Shown piece by piece: positions 38,602 to 49,405 of a stretch of DNA of 64,000 nt. Within the stretch, counting starts at the first letter, position 1. Each line of letters opens with the position of its first letter. The stretch lies in assembly GCA_963737905.1 (NCBI GenBank), contig CAVTUQ010000017.1, positions 12,272 to 76,271 on the forward strand, given 5' to 3'. The notes under the pieces are model-generated. The model did no database searches. It saw nothing but the letters and a program-made list of their open reading frames with translations, and had not been told where the DNA came from. The position numbers and the translations under genes are program-made. Origin of the DNA: an uncultured delta proteobacterium. Its GTDB lineage: Bacteria; Desulfobacterota; Binatia; UBA9968.

Positions 38602-39624
38602 ATGGCAAACCATTTCGAAGTGATCGACGCGGACGGTCATATCACCGAGGAAGACAGTCAATTGAAGCAATATATGGAAGCACGCTATCGCGACAGATCG
38701 GCCACTCTTACTCCCAGAGATAGTTGGGACCGCTCCTTGGGAGGAACGTTGGGCACTCGTGCAAGAGATGCGAAAAGTTGGCTTGATGCTATGGACAAGG
38801 GGGGCGTGTCGACTGCGGTCCTGTATCCGACGAACGGCCTCAGTGTGGGCTGGATTAGGGAGCCGGACGTGGCCGTAGCGTACTCAAAAGCCTGGAACGA
38901 CTTCGTAGCAGAAGAATTTCAAAAAGTTAGCCCGCGGCTGAAGGCGGTGGCGCTGGTTCCTTTTCAGGATGTGCCCGAAGCGGTCAAGGAACTCCGTCGG
39001 GCCGTCAGAGAGCTGAAGCTCGTCGGCCTCATGTTGCCCGCCGTGGGATTGCGGCTCCCTCTAGGACACGAGAGCTTCTGGCCGATCTATGAAGAGGCGG
39101 AAAAATTAGACTGCATGGTCGGAGTCCATGCCACAGTAAGGGGTCCGCACTATTTTGCCGGCGACATGTTCGATCAGTTTATCGAAGTGCATACTCTGTC
39201 CCATTCGTTTGCCCAAATGCTGCAATGCACGAGCATGATGTTTCGCGGCGTGTTCGACCGTTTTCCCAAGCTTCGCGTCGCCTTCATGGAGGCGGGTTGT
39301 AGTTGGGCGCCCTATTGGTTCGGGAGAATGAACGAGGAGTGGGAAAAACGCGGCAAAATCGAAGCGCCCAACTGTAAGAACAAACCCACCGAGTATTTTA
39401 AAGACGGGCGGATCTATTTTCATGCAGAAGATTACGAACCCTTGATCGGCGCCACGGCAAATCTTCTGTCGCACAAAGTCATCTACTATGCGTCGGATTA
39501 TCCCCACTGGGATACCGAATTTCCGGAAAACATCGAACAGCTGAGCCGGCGTGAAGACTTGAACGAAGAGGCCAAAAAATGGCTTTTGGCAGAAAGCGCC
39601 AAGAAGCTCTACAACTTGCATTGA
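38602..39624 (+). CDS. Amidohydrolase_2 family protein
   Basis: IDADGH, VLYPT, FMEAG, ASDYPHWD. Confidence 0.9.
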   Translation: MANHFEVIDADGHITEEDSQLKQYMEARYRDRSATLTPRDSWDRSLGGTLGTRARDAKSWLDAMDKGGVSTAVLYPTNGLSVGWIREPDVAVAYSKAWNDFVAEEFQKVSPRLKAVALVPFQDVPEAVKELRRAVRELKLVGLMLPAVGLRLPLGHESFWPIYEEAEKLDCMVGVHATVRGPHYFAGDMFDQFIEVHTLSHSFAQMLQCTSMMFRGVFDRFPKLRVAFMEAGCSWAPYWFGRMNEEWEKRGKIEAPNCKNKPTEYFKDGRIYFHAEDYEPLIGATANLLSHKVIYYASDYPHWDTEFPENIEQLSRREDLNEEAKKWLLAESAKKLYNLH

Positions 39625-39632
39625 GGACATCT

Positions 39633-40658
39633 ATGGCGGCAAAACGTAAAGTCTGTTTCACGGGGCCCATGAGGCTAAAGCTTGCCGAAGAATTGTTGCG
39701 GAGCGCGGGCTGCGAGCTGGTGTTAGGTAAAAACGCCGACGACTTTCGCACCTATAAGTACGAGCGGCGGGAGTTGGTCGATCTCATCGGTGATTGTCCG
39801 GTGGTCTATCCGTCGGGCCGCGACGTGATCGGCGCGGAGATCTTGGATTCCTGCCCGGATCTGCAAGCGGTGGTGAAGTCGAGTATCGGGATCGAAACCG
39901 TGGATGTGGATGCCGCCACGGATCTCGGGATCCTTTGTTGCAATAGTCCGACTCCAGAGAACTACCTGGGAGTCGCCGAAGCGACCGTCGGTTTCGCGGT
40001 GGCTCTGTTCAAACGGCTCAAGTTCAACGAGGCCTTCCTGCGGGTCGGACAGTGGAAAGAGCCGGAAAACCGCGGGACGCTGATGGTCGGCAAAACCATC
40101 GGGATCATCGGCGTCGGCCGCATCGGCCGCAACGTTGCCAAGAGGCTCGGCCCCTGGGAGATGAAGTTTCTAGGCTATGATCCCTACGTGTCCCAGGAAA
40201 CGGTGGCGCCGCTTAATATCAGAATGGTGAGCCTCGAGGAACTGCTGCGGGAGTCGGATGTCGTGACGCTTCACGTCGTTCTTACACGGGAAACCCGTAA
40301 CCTGATTACGCTTCGGGAATTGAAGATGATGAAGCCCACGGCCTACATTATTAATACCTCGCGCGGTCCGGCAATCAACGAAGCGGATTTAGCCCGGGCC
40401 TTGAATGAGAAAATCATTGCGGGCGCGGCACTGGACGTTTTTGCTGAAGAGCCGACGCCGATAAGTAATCCGTTGCGGGAGGTCGATCCAGCGAGGCTGA
40501 TCATGACGCCGCACATCATCGGCAACAATCCCGGCTCCGCGGAAGCTGGACAGCGCATGGCAGCCGAAAGCATTCTTTCGATCCTCGACGGCAAAGCTCC
40601 CGATACGGTGGTAAACCCGAAGGCGATCGATCAGTGGAAGGAGCGATTCTGGGCATAG
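39633..40658 (+). CDS. D-2-hydroxyacid dehydrogenase (SerA-like)
   Basis: GIIGVGRIG, INTSRG, ALDVF..EP, TPH. Confidence 0.88.
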   Translation: MAAKRKVCFTGPMRLKLAEELLRSAGCELVLGKNADDFRTYKYERRELVDLIGDCPVVYPSGRDVIGAEILDSCPDLQAVVKSSIGIETVDVDAATDLGILCCNSPTPENYLGVAEATVGFAVALFKRLKFNEAFLRVGQWKEPENRGTLMVGKTIGIIGVGRIGRNVAKRLGPWEMKFLGYDPYVSQETVAPLNIRMVSLEELLRESDVVTLHVVLTRETRNLITLRELKMMKPTAYIINTSRGPAINEADLARALNEKIIAGAALDVFAEEPTPISNPLREVDPARLIMTPHIIGNNPGSAEAGQRMAAESILSILDGKAPDTVVNPKAIDQWKERFWA

Positions 40659-40659
40659 C

Positions 40660-41691
40660 ATGGGGCGGGGATGGCGGGAGAAGATGAACGTACGTAGGCT
40701 GGTCGAAATTTCCCTTCTGGTGATTCTCACCATCGCTCTTTCATCGACATTCAGCCGGCCGGGTTTTTCTGCCGTAGCTTCCTCCGTCGTGCGCATGGGT
40801 TATCCGCAGCCCAGCGGCGCCATGATGCCGATCTGGGTTATGTCGGACGCTAAGATCGACCACAAATACGGCGTCGATCTCCAGAACATCTATATATCGG
40901 GCGGTGCTCGGCTAACGCAGACTCTGGTTGCCGGAGATATCGACCTGGCGTCGTCAGGCGGCGCCGTGGTAAACGCGATCTTGAGCGGCGCCGACATCGT
41001 CTGCATCGCCGCTAGCATTCCCACCTATGGCTTCTCGCTCTATGCACGGCCCGACGTGAAAGACGTGTCGAGCTTGAGGGGAAAAGTAGTCGGGGTGATG
41101 ACGAAGGGAGCTTCCTCCGATCATGCCGCCGTAGCGCTGCTGCGCCGGAACAACATGCAAGCCGGCCAAGATGTAAAGCTTCTTTATCTCGGTGGTGTGC
41201 GGGAGGTATTGGCTGCCCTGGAACGAGGCATCGTCTCGGCCGGGGTGTTATCGGCCCCGACGACCCTGATGGCGCGTCGGCTCGGGTTTAAAGAGATCGT
41301 CAATATCGCCGATCTGAAACTGCCTTACGTTCATAGCGGTGTGGTGGTGCGCCGTTCCCTGGCGCGACAACAACCCGACCGAGTAAGAGCGTTTCTTAAA
41401 GGTTATGTCGTGGCGATTAAAGTTAGCAATGAGGATCCTGAAACCAGCAAGCGGGCCCTTGCCCGATATCTAGCTACGACTGACAGCGCCGTCATCGACG
41501 AAGCCTATCAATCTTTTCGGGGTGTCTTTCCAAAAGTGCCCTATTTTAGCGAAGAATATATCAAGTCCGTGCTTTCGGTAACCGATCACCCCAAAGCTGC
41601 TACCGCAGATCCCAAAGAGTTCTTTGACAACCGGTTCCTAAAGGAGTTAGAAGATAGTGGATTCGTGCAAGAGCTTTACGGTAAACGTTAG
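40660..41691 (+). CDS. ABC substrate-binding protein (NMT1/SsuA-like)
   Basis: Signal peptide, LRGKVVGV, DPKEFFDNRFLKELEDSGF. Confidence 0.85.
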   Translation: MGRGWREKMNVRRLVEISLLVILTIALSSTFSRPGFSAVASSVVRMGYPQPSGAMMPIWVMSDAKIDHKYGVDLQNIYISGGARLTQTLVAGDIDLASSGGAVVNAILSGADIVCIAASIPTYGFSLYARPDVKDVSSLRGKVVGVMTKGASSDHAAVALLRRNNMQAGQDVKLLYLGGVREVLAALERGIVSAGVLSAPTTLMARRLGFKEIVNIADLKLPYVHSGVVVRRSLARQQPDRVRAFLKGYVVAIKVSNEDPETSKRALARYLATTDSAVIDEAYQSFRGVFPKVPYFSEEYIKSVLSVTDHPKAATADPKEFFDNRFLKELEDSGFVQELYGKR

Positions 41692-41706
41692 GAGGGGACC
41701 AGCTGA

Positions 41707-42720
41707 ATGAATATCCGAGCAACTAGATTAGCAGCAGGGTGTTTTGCACTGTTCCTGCCAGTCACGATGTTCTTGGCCAAAGGTTTAGCCGGGGCGGCGG
41801 ATAAACTGGTGGGGATACATTCCGCGCGGGTGATGTCGCAATCGATGCCCTGGATGGCGCAGGAAGCGGGCTTGTTCAAGAAATACAATCTAGATTTCAG
41901 TTTAGTCTTTATCTCTTCGTCGGGAATCGTGACGGCGGCATTGTTGGGCGGCGACGCGGAGATGACGGTGACCGGCGGGGTCGGGAACGTCGCTGCATAT
42001 ACCCGGGGATCCACCGATGTCGTGTTCATCGGCGGCGTAAAAAACACCATGACTCAAACACTGGTGGCCGGCGGAAATATCAAAAAACCTGAAGATCTCA
42101 AAGGAAAGAAGATCGGCGTGAGCCGGATCGGCGGCAATTCCCACTATTTTACCATCCAGGCACTGCGTCGCTTCGGCATGGACGCCAGTCGCGACGTACA
42201 ATTCATTCAAACCGGCGGCGATCCCGAGACTTTTGCGGCTTTTGTCAGCGGATCGATCGATGTCGCCAATCTCACGCCACCGACGGATGCGCTGGCGATT
42301 GCGCGCGGGTATCATTACGTAATCTACGGCCCCGATCTGAAAATTCCCTACGCTGCGACCGCGTTTGTGACCAAGCGCTCCGTGATCGCGAAACGCCCCC
42401 AGGTCATCGGCAATTTTATGCGCACGATGGCGGAAACCGCCAAGCTGATGCACACGGATCGTGAGTTTGTTTACAAAGTGCTGGGCAAGTATCTGCGAGT
42501 AACCGACCGCAATGTTCTGGACTCGGCGTACAATGCTGAAATCAAGGTCTTGGAGCCGCGTTTGGTGATCAAGACGGAATCGTTACAGGCGATTCTGGAT
42601 GAACTCTCGGCAACCGACCCTCGGGCCAAGAAAGTCAAACCCCAGGAAATGATCGACACTCGTTATCTGGATGAAATGGAAAAGAGCGGTTTTTTCGATC
42701 AACTATGGGCTAAGAAATAG
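41707..42720 (+). CDS. ABC substrate-binding protein (NMT1/SsuA-like)
   Basis: AGLFKKYNLD, DLKGKKIGVSR, IDTRYLDEMEKSGF. Confidence 0.87.
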   Translation: MNIRATRLAAGCFALFLPVTMFLAKGLAGAADKLVGIHSARVMSQSMPWMAQEAGLFKKYNLDFSLVFISSSGIVTAALLGGDAEMTVTGGVGNVAAYTRGSTDVVFIGGVKNTMTQTLVAGGNIKKPEDLKGKKIGVSRIGGNSHYFTIQALRRFGMDASRDVQFIQTGGDPETFAAFVSGSIDVANLTPPTDALAIARGYHYVIYGPDLKIPYAATAFVTKRSVIAKRPQVIGNFMRTMAETAKLMHTDREFVYKVLGKYLRVTDRNVLDSAYNAEIKVLEPRLVIKTESLQAILDELSATDPRAKKVKPQEMIDTRYLDEMEKSGFFDQLWAKK

Positions 42721-42737
42721 CAAAAAAAGGAGGAGCC

Positions 42738-43907
42738 ATGGAAGAATTAATAATCTCGGCAGATTCTCACGTTATCGAGGTTCCCGACCTCTGGGAGAAG
42801 GGTATGCCTCAGACCCTCCAGGCGCGGGCACCCAAAGTCTATTTCGACGAAAAGAAAGACGCCTGGCTTTTCGGCTCCGAGGAAGTGATCCCGCAAGCCG
42901 TCGGCGGCTTGTTCATGGCTGGGCAGCGGCCGGACAATTTGGAGAATTTTCGCAGGGCCGGATTCTCCGTAGCGCGTCCCGGCGGTTGGGACCCCATCGT
43001 GCGCATGAAGGACATGGAAACGGACGGCGTCTCCGCCGAAGTGCTTTATCCCAGTTTGGGACTGGGCTTGTATTGCGTTGAAGATGCAGCCCTCCAGGAA
43101 GCTTTGTTTCGAACCTACAACGACTGGCTGATTGATTACTGCCAGAAAGTACCGGATCGCTTGTTCGGCATCGCGCTTATTTCCATGTACGACATCGACC
43201 ACGCTATCGCCGAGACGGAGCGCTGCAAGAAAGCGGGGATGGTCGGAACCATGATCTGGCAAGTGCCAGACCCGAAGTTGCCCTTTACATCGGAGCACTA
43301 TGAACGCTTCTGGGCGGCGTCTCAAGCGTTGGATATGCCTATCCACCTCCATATCCTTACGGGTTTCGGTGCCAGCATGAATCGCGGGTCGGCCAAAGGG
43401 ATAACCCGGTATCGTAACAGTGTGAATCAGACCCGAGAGATAGAAGACGCTCTGTTCGATATGATCTTTTCCGGAGTTCTCGAGCGCTATCCCAAACTTA
43501 AAATCGTTTCCGTTGAGAACGAAGTGGGCTGGATGCCGTTTTGGCTAGGGCAGTGTGACAAATCCTTCAGGCGCCATCGGCACGCCGAAAAACTTTCCAT
43601 CGATAAACCGCCGAGCGAATATTTCCAGCGGCAACTCTACGCCACTTTCTTCAATGACCATGTCGGCGGACGGCTGTTCACGTGGTGGGGTAGTGACAAC
43701 TGCATGTGGTCGAACGATTATCCGCACCAGAACTCGACCTGGCCGCACTCTCGCGACGTTATCGCGCGTGACATGGGCCATTTGGCAGCGGCCGACCGCG
43801 CGAAGTTGCTGAATACCAACGTCACGAGACTGTACAATTTGAATATTCCCGCTTCGGCGGCAGCGAAGTTACCGAGTAACGGCGAAGCTGTGGCGGCGAA
43901 CGCTTAG
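42738..43907 (+). CDS. Amidohydrolase_2 family protein
   Basis: ISADSH, EVLYPS, VENEVGW, WSNDYPH; close paralogue of 8327-9382. Confidence 0.9.
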   Translation: MEELIISADSHVIEVPDLWEKGMPQTLQARAPKVYFDEKKDAWLFGSEEVIPQAVGGLFMAGQRPDNLENFRRAGFSVARPGGWDPIVRMKDMETDGVSAEVLYPSLGLGLYCVEDAALQEALFRTYNDWLIDYCQKVPDRLFGIALISMYDIDHAIAETERCKKAGMVGTMIWQVPDPKLPFTSEHYERFWAASQALDMPIHLHILTGFGASMNRGSAKGITRYRNSVNQTREIEDALFDMIFSGVLERYPKLKIVSVENEVGWMPFWLGQCDKSFRRHRHAEKLSIDKPPSEYFQRQLYATFFNDHVGGRLFTWWGSDNCMWSNDYPHQNSTWPHSRDVIARDMGHLAAADRAKLLNTNVTRLYNLNIPASAAAKLPSNGEAVAANA

Positions 43908-44031
43908 CATTTCGTCGACTTATGCAGTAGCCCCTCTCTTCTCTCCCCCGCGGCGGGAGCGGCGGGGAGATGGAAGAGGGGGATTCCGAAAAACCTTGAA
44001 CTTGAAGGTGGAACAACCGAGGAGATAAATT

Positions 44032-45051
44032 ATGGATTTACGCGATGCAATCAAAGTATTGGATTCCGATGCTCATGCGCGGGATTTCGACAACGATATT
44101 AGACCCTATTTGCCCGAGCCCTATCGCAATCAGCGCGCGTCATTTATTCCCAGTGAGCATTACGACCGCAATCTCGGTGGTACCCTCGGCCAGTCCGGCG
44201 CCAAGGTCGAAGACCGTTTGGCCGCGATGGACGTGCAACAGATCCATACCGCCGTGATGTTTCCCACCAGCGGTCTCGGCGTCGGCCGAGTTCGGGACTC
44301 GCAATTCCAGACCGCGCTCTGCCGGGCGTATAACGATTTTATCTCTGACTATTGCAAAGCATCGCCGCGCCTAAAAGCGGTGGCAAATTTGCCGGTGAAT
44401 AATCCGGCGGAATGCGCCAAAGAGCTCAATCGCGCGGTGACCAAACTGGGCTTGTGCGGCAGCATGCTGGTAGCCCAAGCGCATAGAAAAAATCTTGGCA
44501 GCCCGGAGTTTTACCCTCTGTATGAGGAAGCCCAGAGGCTCAACACGCCCGTCACCGTGCATGCCTTTGGCGGTGACGAGCCCGGGAGCGAGGTATTCGA
44601 TTCGTTTATCTGTTTGCATACGACAGGTCATCCTTTCCCGGTTCTGCGCCAACTGACTGCGATGATTTTTGGCGGCATCCCGGAGCTGTTTCCCAAGCTC
44701 AAGATCGGTTACCTCGAAGTCGGCTGCGGCTGGCTGCCCTACTGGGCGGAGCGTATGGATGAAGAGTGGGAAAAACGCGGCAAAGTCGAGGCGCCGCTCT
44801 GCAAGAAGAAACCGAGCGAATACTTGTCCAGTGAAAACATCTACTACGGTTGCGAGCCGGAAGAGAAGATGATCAGCTACGTGGTCAAAGAAATCGGTTC
44901 GAAGACGCTGATGTACGCTTCGGATTATCCGCACTGGGATATGAGTTGGCCGGAATCGGCGTCAATCCTCTGGCAGCGAGATGATATTTCCTGGAGGCAA
45001 AAAAGGACCTGCTGCTCAATAACGCCAAACGGTTTTACAGACTTGAGTTGA
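44032..45051 (+). CDS. Amidohydrolase_2 family protein, frameshift near 44990
   Basis: DSDAH, ASDYPHWD; the expected tail LEAKKDLLLNNAKRFY is in another frame; paralogue of 38602-39624. Confidence 0.85.
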   Translation: MDLRDAIKVLDSDAHARDFDNDIRPYLPEPYRNQRASFIPSEHYDRNLGGTLGQSGAKVEDRLAAMDVQQIHTAVMFPTSGLGVGRVRDSQFQTALCRAYNDFISDYCKASPRLKAVANLPVNNPAECAKELNRAVTKLGLCGSMLVAQAHRKNLGSPEFYPLYEEAQRLNTPVTVHAFGGDEPGSEVFDSFICLHTTGHPFPVLRQLTAMIFGGIPELFPKLKIGYLEVGCGWLPYWAERMDEEWEKRGKVEAPLCKKKPSEYLSSENIYYGCEPEEKMISYVVKEIGSKTLMYASDYPHWDMSWPESASILWQRDDISWRQKRTCCSITPNGFTDLS

Positions 45052-45200
45052 CGACGAGGATTCCGTGTGACGACGCAGGTCCATGCAACACCAAAAGCTT
45101 ATTCCTCGTCGTCAGCTACTCAGGACGACAGATAATATGACGGGTCATTCTCATATTGCAAAACGCGATATTAAACTAACAATTGATTAAGGAGTTTTAA

Positions 45201-46937
45201 ATGATTCAAACCAAAGGATTGTCAGGTGCCCAGACCATGCTGCGTGTTTTGGGCAAAATGGGTGTGGAGCGGATCTTCGCATCGCCGGGGTCTGAATGGT
45301 CACCCTTGTGGGAAGCGCTGGCGGAACCCGGCGTGGAAGGCATGCCGATTTATATGAGCACGCGCCATGAGGAAATCGCCGTCGGCATGGCGAGCGGCTA
45401 CGCAAAGTCGACAGGCAAATTGCCTGCGGTGGTAATTCACACCACCGTCGGCGCGCTCCACGCGACCATGGCGATGCGCGGTGCCTTGCACGAGCAAGTC
45501 CCGATGGTTGTCTTTGCCGGGGAATCCATCGGTTTTGGCGAAGACGAGGGGCCCGATCCTGGGGGACAATGGGGAAGCCATCTGGGAGACATGGGCGGTC
45601 CGGCCAAACTCGTGGATCATACAGTCAAGTGGAGTTTCGGGATTAATACCAAGTCGATTCTTCCGGCCACGATTCAGAGGGCGTGTCGCCTCGCAATGGC
45701 GGGTCCACGGGGCCCTGTTTTCCTCTCGATGCCCATGGAATATCTGTTCGAGACGATGACCAAGGATGTGCCGTCGGATCTGGGTGCCGCGCCGCTGGCG
45801 ACCGCCGACCCGAAGGGCATCGAAGAGCTGGCGGATATGTTGGCTGGGGCGAAGAACCCGGTGATTGTTACGGAGGACTCCGGACGGACGGCCAAGGGTG
45901 TGGAGTGTCTGGTGGAGATCGCCGAATTGCTCGGTTGTCCCGTGGTCGAAACACGGAGCACCGGAGCGATCAACCTTCCAAGGACACATCCGCTTCACAG
46001 CGGCTTCGATCCACGGGAAGTCGTCCAGGGAAGCGATGTGATTTTTCTTCTGGCGGTTATAGCGCCGTGGCATCCGGCATCGATTACTCCATCGCCGGGC
46101 GCCAAGGTCGCGGCGCTCGACGAAAACCCGCATCGAGCCGAACTGCCTTACTACGGCTATCAAGTGGATCTCTGCCTGGCGGGTGAGGTCGAGTCTTCCT
46201 TGGAGCATCTGCTCGCCGCTCTCAAAAAGCGAGTGTCCAAGGGGGATGCTGCACGGAGCCGCCGCGCCGAGGAACTCAAGACCAAAAACGAAGCGCGCCG
46301 GAAAAAGTGGCGCGAGGAAGCGCAAGCCCTTGCCAATCAAAAGCCGATGGACACCCGTTGGGTAGCCCACGAAATCAGCCAGGTGTTGCCCGCGGACGCC
46401 ATGGTGGTGGAAGAGACCATTACCCATCGTTTGGCCATTCACCGCTACCTCGACAAGCTCAAGCCAGGATCTTTCTTCGCCGGTTGCATCGGCGGTTTGG
46501 GAACGGGTTTGGCCACCGCGTTGGGCGTGAAGGCCGCCAATCCCAAGCGTCCGGTGATCTGTCTGATCGGCGACGGCTCTTTTAGTTACGATCCCGCGCC
46601 GGCGGCCTATGGAGCGGCGCAGGAGCACAACCTGCCCTTCTTAACCATAATGTTTAATAACCAAGGCTATCTCTCTCAAAAGTCTGGGATTCCGAGATAC
46701 TATCCCGATGGCTGGGCAGTCAAGTCCAACAACTTTTCGGGACTCCATATCGTACCTTGTCCGGAATATTCGACGATCATCAAAGCCTTTGACGGCTACG
46801 GCGAGAGAGTTGAAGAACCAGGTGAGGTGCGCAAAGCCGTCGAGCGAGGGCTCAAAGCCGTGGCAGCAGGGCAATCCGCGCTCATCGATGTTCGCCTGAA
46901 GCCGGTGGAAGAAATCGTCCAACGGGGAGAGGGTTAG
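45201..46937 (+). CDS. Thiamine-pyrophosphate-dependent enzyme (acetolactate synthase/decarboxylase-like)
   Basis: RHEEIAVGMA, GPVFL, IGDGSF...FNNQGY TPP motif. Confidence 0.9.
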   Translation: MIQTKGLSGAQTMLRVLGKMGVERIFASPGSEWSPLWEALAEPGVEGMPIYMSTRHEEIAVGMASGYAKSTGKLPAVVIHTTVGALHATMAMRGALHEQVPMVVFAGESIGFGEDEGPDPGGQWGSHLGDMGGPAKLVDHTVKWSFGINTKSILPATIQRACRLAMAGPRGPVFLSMPMEYLFETMTKDVPSDLGAAPLATADPKGIEELADMLAGAKNPVIVTEDSGRTAKGVECLVEIAELLGCPVVETRSTGAINLPRTHPLHSGFDPREVVQGSDVIFLLAVIAPWHPASITPSPGAKVAALDENPHRAELPYYGYQVDLCLAGEVESSLEHLLAALKKRVSKGDAARSRRAEELKTKNEARRKKWREEAQALANQKPMDTRWVAHEISQVLPADAMVVEETITHRLAIHRYLDKLKPGSFFAGCIGGLGTGLATALGVKAANPKRPVICLIGDGSFSYDPAPAAYGAAQEHNLPFLTIMFNNQGYLSQKSGIPRYYPDGWAVKSNNFSGLHIVPCPEYSTIIKAFDGYGERVEEPGEVRKAVERGLKAVAAGQSALIDVRLKPVEEIVQRGEG

Positions 46938-46945
46938 AATAGTAG

Positions 46946-47016
46946 GTTCAAAGTTCAAAGGTTCAATGTTCAAAGTTCCGGGACCGACGTTGAACCTGGA
47001 ACATTGAACCTTGAAC
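46946..47016. repeat. GTTCAA/TTGAAC-unit inverted repeat (REP-like)
   Basis: gttcaaagttcaaaggttcaatgttc ... gaacattgaaccttgaac. Confidence 0.7.
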
Positions 47017-47029
47017 TACCCAATCGGTT

Positions 47030-47739
47030 ATGGGAACTGGTTTTCACGACCAGCTAGTCACAACTCGCAATAAGAAACATAGCAAGGATCATCCCTTCTT
47101 CGAGCTGTGGGCGCAGGGGAAGCTGACCAAGGAGCAGACCGCTTTCTACTGCGCCCAGCATTTTCACTACGTCGTCGAGTATTTGAATTGGATGGCCTAT
47201 GAGGCGTCCCAGATCCCTCAACGGGACGTAAAGGCCTATCTGTTTGAAAATCTCGGCGATGAAGAGAACCCCGAAGATCGCCATCTCGACATGCTCAAGG
47301 ATTACGTCGCTGCCTGCGGCGTGAACCGAGACAGCGTCGAAAACTCGGTCGTACTGGGTGGCACCGATCAGTTGCAAAACTGGGGCTGGCGGCTGGTATA
47401 TCAAAAGCCCTGGCAAGCCGCTCTGGCGGGCATGTTCATCGGTTTAGAGTCTCAGTTTTTGGATATCTGCAAGAAGATCGTTCCGGCACTGCACAAATAT
47501 TACGGCCACAAACCCGGCGCGAGAGAGAGCCGATTCTTCGAAGAGCACATCACGCCGACGAAGTTCACGGATCGAAAGGTTTCGCAATCGTCGAGAAATA
47601 TGCCGATACTCCGGAGTTGCAAGCGCTCGCTCTCAAAACTGTGGAAGAGGCGGGCATCCGGCGGTGGCGATATATGAACAGCATTTACTGGTATGCGCTC
47701 CACGGCAAAGAGGACGACACGCCGCTTCTCGGGACCTAA
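47030..47739 (+). CDS. Heme-oxygenase-like (TenA/PqqC/CADD) iron-containing redox enzyme, frameshift near 47551
   Basis: HPFF..W..G.L, ENLGDEE...H, GLESQ; the duplicate copy shows the intact FFEEHINADEVHG. Confidence 0.8.
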
Positions 47740-48450
47740 CAGGCTCGTGATCAAAGAAGCGGTTCCAGCCGTTCAAATCGTTCTGTGTGTTTACTGCTGA
47801 GATCTTATGGCAAGAAAGAATCCAAAATGAAGATTCGTATCGACGGTAGTGTCGTAGTGGGTTGGTCCGGTATCAACCGACAAGACCTTAAAGAGAAAGT
47901 ATTGCTACGACTTAGCCTAGGTAAGTGAATACAACTATGTATGTTCATCGGTTTAGAGTCTCAGTTTCTCGATATCTGCAAGAAGATCGTTCCGGCACTG
48001 CACAAATATTACGGCCACAAACCCGGCGCGAGAGAGAGCCGATTCTTCGAAGAGCACATCAACGCCGACGAAGTTCACGGATCGAAAGGTTTCGCAATCG
48101 TCGAGAAATATGCCGATACTCCGGAGTTGCAAGCGCTCGCTCTCAAAACCGTGGAAGAGGCGGGCATCCGGCGGTGGCGTTATATGAACAGCATTTACTG
48201 GTATGCGCTCCACGGCAAAGAGGACGACACGCCGCCTCTCGGGACCTAACAGGCTCGCGATCAAAGAAGCGGTTCCAGCCGTTCAAATCGTTCCGGGTGT
48301 TTACCGCTGAGATCTTATGGCAAGAAAGAAACCAAAATGAAAATTCGTATCGACGGTGGCGTCGTAGTGGGTTGGTCCGGTACCAACCGACCAGACCTTT
48401 AAGGGAAAGGATTGCTACGACTTGGCCCAGGTAAGTGAATACAACTTTGT
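47432..48450 (+). repeat. Imperfect tandem duplication (47432-47940 and 47941-48450)
   Basis: Both units run from atgttcatcggtttagag to gtaagtgaatacaact.tgt. Confidence 0.95.
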
Positions 48451-48496
48451 GAAGTCGGCCACAGGTGCCGTTCTCCATCTCGATCGCTTAATAACT

Positions 48497-49405
48497 TCAC
48501 AATCGCACGGAAGCTTCTCGTTCGAGCCAGAAGTTTGCTATATCGATGCAAGGGTAAAATCGTACGCCATCGTGACCCTGGGCATAATCGATGAACCGAG
48601 CCAGCAGTTGACTCATCCCGGGTCTCCCGCTGATGTGCACATGGCAGGCGTAGCAGAACTTCATGGGATGCCTGAGAGACTCCTCGTAACTAGCATCAAA
48701 GGCATCCTTTAATTGCGCGAGACCAGCAGCCAGACCGAGCGGCACGAGAGTGTTATCAGTACAATTCGGCATGACATAGCCCACCGACACGATCTTTTTC
48801 CCGTTCACGTCGATGACGTATGGCACGTCAGAGTCGGAATAGTCCGCCGTCCAAACAAACCCCAGCTCCGTGCAGATCTCCAGCGTATTCGGCGTCGGCC
48901 GCGGCCCCTGCGACATGTAGCCGACGATTCGCGATTTAGTGGCCTGTTCGAGTGCAGTAATAGATTTAGCGATGGAGTTTCTTTCTTCATCCTTGGTCTT
49001 GAAGACAGGAGGGTGCATCGATTGGTCCCACCCGTGGGTGGCAAGCTCCTGCCCTCGCGCTCTGACCTCTCGCACGCTCTCCGGGAATAGCTCAGCGACC
49101 AGACCGCTTGCGATGACCGTGGCCTTGACATCATGCCGGTCCAATACGTCGAGGAGGCGCCAGATACCGGATCTGGCGCCATATTCACGCGCGCCCAGCG
49201 CCAGGTAGTCGAATGTGTGGTGTGCTCCTTTGGGCATCGGCCTGGTGGGTGCGGGTACGGACTCCCATTCGTGCAGCAAGATGAGCATCACCGCCATCCT
49301 GGCGCCGCCAGGCCACTCCCTGAACCAATCCGGTCGCCCGGGACGTTGCGGCCGGTAATTCCACTGGTACGCTCCGACGAAATCGGGAAAGGTCATGATG
49401 GTCAC
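48497..49405 (-). CDS. Polysaccharide deacetylase family protein (PuuE-like)
   Basis: WPGGARMAV, EYGARSGIWRLL, ELATHGW, HVHISGRP. Confidence 0.85.
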   Translation of the reverse strand: MTIMTFPDFVGAYQWNYRPQRPGRPDWFREWPGGARMAVMLILLHEWESVPAPTRPMPKGAHHTFDYLALGAREYGARSGIWRLLDVLDRHDVKATVIASGLVAELFPESVREVRARGQELATHGWDQSMHPPVFKTKDEERNSIAKSITALEQATKSRIVGYMSQGPRPTPNTLEICTELGFVWTADYSDSDVPYVIDVNGKKIVSVGYVMPNCTDNTLVPLGLAAGLAQLKDAFDASYEESLRHPMKFCYACHVHISGRPGMSQLLARFIDYAQGHDGVRFYPCIDIANFWLEREASVRL

